Shown: piece after piece, positions 62,080-64,000 of the stretch | Layout of the letters: each line of letters begins with the position of its first letter | Position numbering within the stretch: the first letter of the stretch is position 1 | From: Scyliorhinus canicula | Taxonomy: Eukaryota | NCBI RefSeq assembly: GCF_902713615.1 | Contig: NC_052149.1 | Location: 99,579,121-99,643,120 of the forward strand | Direction: 5' to 3' | Length of the DNA stretch: 64,000 nucleotides | The notes under the pieces: model-generated | Databases searched by the model: none | Seen by the model: the letters and a program-made list of their open reading frames with translations, nothing else | What the model was told of the DNA's origin: nothing | Position numbers and translations under genes: made by a program

Positions 62080-63410
62080 GATGGGTCTTTATGATCACCA
62101 TGGAAGGCTGTGACTAGCGGTGTTCCACAGGGATCAGATCTGGGGCCTTGGTTATTTGTGGTGTATATAAATGAGTTGGAAGAAAATGTAGCTGGTCTGA
62201 TTAGTAAGTTCGCAGACCACACAAAAACTGATGGAGTTGCGGATAGTGAAGAGGATTGTCAGAGGATACAGCAGGATATAAACTAGTTGGAGTTTTGGGC
62301 GGAGAAATGGTAGATGGAGTTTAATCCGGATAAGTGTGAGGCAATGCACTTTGGAAGGTCCAATGCATGTAGGAATTACACAACAAATGGCAGAACTCTT
62401 GCGAGTATTCACAGTCAGAGAGATCTGGGCGTGCATGTGGATACGGTGGTCAAGAAGGCATACGGCATGCTGACCTTCATCAGTCGGAGCACTGAATATA
62501 AAACTGGCATGTCATGTTGCAGCTGCAAAGGACCTTAATTAGGCCTCATTTGGAATTTTGTGTACAATTCTGGTCGTCACACTACCAGACAGATTTGGGT
62601 GCTTTGGAGAGAGTACAGAAGCGGTTTACTAGGATGTTGCCTGGTATGAAGGGCATTAGCTATGAGGAGAGGTTATGGGCAGCACGGTAGCCTTGTGGAT
62701 AGCACAATTGCTTCACAGCTGCAGGGTCCCAGGTTCGATTCCAGCTTGGGTCACTGTCTGTGTGGAGTCTGCACATCCTCCCCGTGTGTGCGTGGGTTTC
62801 CTCCGGGTGCTCCGGTTTCCTCCCACAGTCCAAAGATGTGCAGGTTAGGTGGATTGGCCATGATAAATTGCCCTCAGTGTCCAAAATTGCCCTTAGTGTT
62901 GGGTGGGGTTACTGGGTTATGGGGATAAGGTGGAGGTGTTGACCTTGGGTAGGGTGCTCTTTCCAAGAGCCGGTGCAGACTCGATGGGCCGAATGGCCTC
63001 CTTCTGCACTGCAAATTCTATGATAAACTTGGTCTGTTCTCACATGAACAACGGAGGTTTAGAGGTCCACAAGATTATGAGTGGCATGGACAGAGTGGAT
63101 AGTCAGATGCTCTTTCCTAGGGGACATAGGTTTAAATGTGAGGGGGAAAGTTTAGAACCGATATGTGAGGCAAGATTGTTTTTTACACAGAGGGTGATAA
63201 ATATACGGAACGTGCTGTCTGGGGAGATGGTGGGACAAGGTACATTAGTGGCATTTAAGGGACATCTGGACAAATATATGAATAGGGTGGGAATGGAAGG
63301 ATACGGACTCTAAGTGCAGACAGTTTTAGTTTAGGCAGGTGCCATGGTTGGTGTAGGTTTGGAGGGCCGAAGGGCCTGTTCCTGTCTGGTATTGTCTTTG
63401 TTCTACTACT
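62080..63410 (+). mobile_element. CR1 LINE RT C-terminus and 3' end, interrupted by an HE1 SINE
   Basis: MEFNPDKCEAMHFGRSN and VVKKAYGML. CR1 3' UTR GGGCCGAAGGGCCTGTTCCTG. Confidence 0.88.
62677..63022 (+). mobile_element. Full-length HE1-type SINE
   Basis: Complete head, V domain and CR1-like tail. Confidence 0.92.
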
Positions 63411-63504
63411 GAGATTAGCTTTGAATTCCTCAAATATTAATTAATTGAATTTAAATTCCACCAGCTTACATGATGCGATTCACAGGTCTCCAGAGCATTT
63501 AAAC

Positions 63505-63630
63505 GAAAGCAAAATACTGTGAATGTTGGAGACCTGAAATTAAAACAGAGTGCTGGAAAAGCTCAGCAGATCTGGTAGCATCTGAACTAGCTCTGAAGAA
63601 GAGTCATATTAGACGGGAAATGTCACACTG
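63505..63630. mobile_element. Penelope pLTR fragments in inverted arrangement, with hammerhead core CTGAAGA
   Basis: Antisense pLTR end (..GCTCAGCAGATCTGGTAGCATCTG) joined to sense AGCT-CTGAAGA-AGAGTC..GAC..GAAA. Confidence 0.6.
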
Positions 63631-63634
63631 GATT

Positions 63635-64000
63635 GAAAATTAGCAAACGTGACACCACTGTTTAAAATAGGAGGTAGGCAGAAAGCAGGTAATTATAGGG
63701 CAGTTAGCTTAACTTCAGTAGTAGGGAAGATGCTGAAATCTATCCACAAGCAAGAAATAGCGAGGCATCTGGATGGAAATTGTCCCATTGGGCAGACGCG
63801 GCACGTGTTCATAAAGGGCAGGTCGTGCCTAACGAATTTGGTCGAATTTTTTTGAGGGCATTACGAGTGCGGTAGATAACAGGGAGCCAATGGATGTGGT
63901 ATATCTGGATTTCCAGAAAGCTTTTGACAAGGTGCCACACAAAAGGTTGCTGTATAAGATAACGATGCATGGCATTAAGGGTATAGAAGATTGGTTAATT
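63635..64000 (+). mobile_element. CR1 RT fragment, runs off the window end
   Basis: VTPLFKIGGRQKAGNYRAVSLTSVVGK, YLDFQKAFDKVPH. Confidence 0.92.

Noticed and set aside
50028-64000. CDC73 exon 7 (SLSEAMSVEKIAAIK..)
   Set aside because: No matching minus-strand translation found. It is presumably beyond the right edge of the window.

Overview
Vertebrate nuclear DNA, almost certainly an elasmobranch (shark, probably catshark-like), judged by abundant HE1-type V-SINEs, CR1/HER1 LINEs, DeuSINEs and Penelope elements. The window lies inside the CDC73 (parafibromin, PAF1 complex) gene on the minus strand. Three coding exons are present, matching human exons 8, 9 and 10 as I recall them (99, 79 and 65 bp; 50027-49929, 47503-47425, 17722-17658), with canonical AG/GT sites and a continuous reading frame. 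The rest is intronic: layered and nested retroelements (CR1, L2, RTE, Rex1/Babar, L1-like, Penelope, solo LTRs), a Harbinger-type MITE, a ~2.9 kb CpG-rich GA-derived minisatellite and a 402-bp assembly gap. The most interesting signals are: (1) one SINE head joined to three different 3' ends that point to three different LINE partners; (2) Penelope hammerhead ribozyme motifs with a shared non-canonical core; (3) two related solo LTRs with a covarying hairpin, one positioned to act as an internal CDC73 promoter; (4) an orphan CpG/NRF1 promoter-like island with an antisense splice donor; (5) a candidate recursive splice site. No database searches were run. Family names come from motif recognition, and repeat boundaries are approximate unless a TSD is given.
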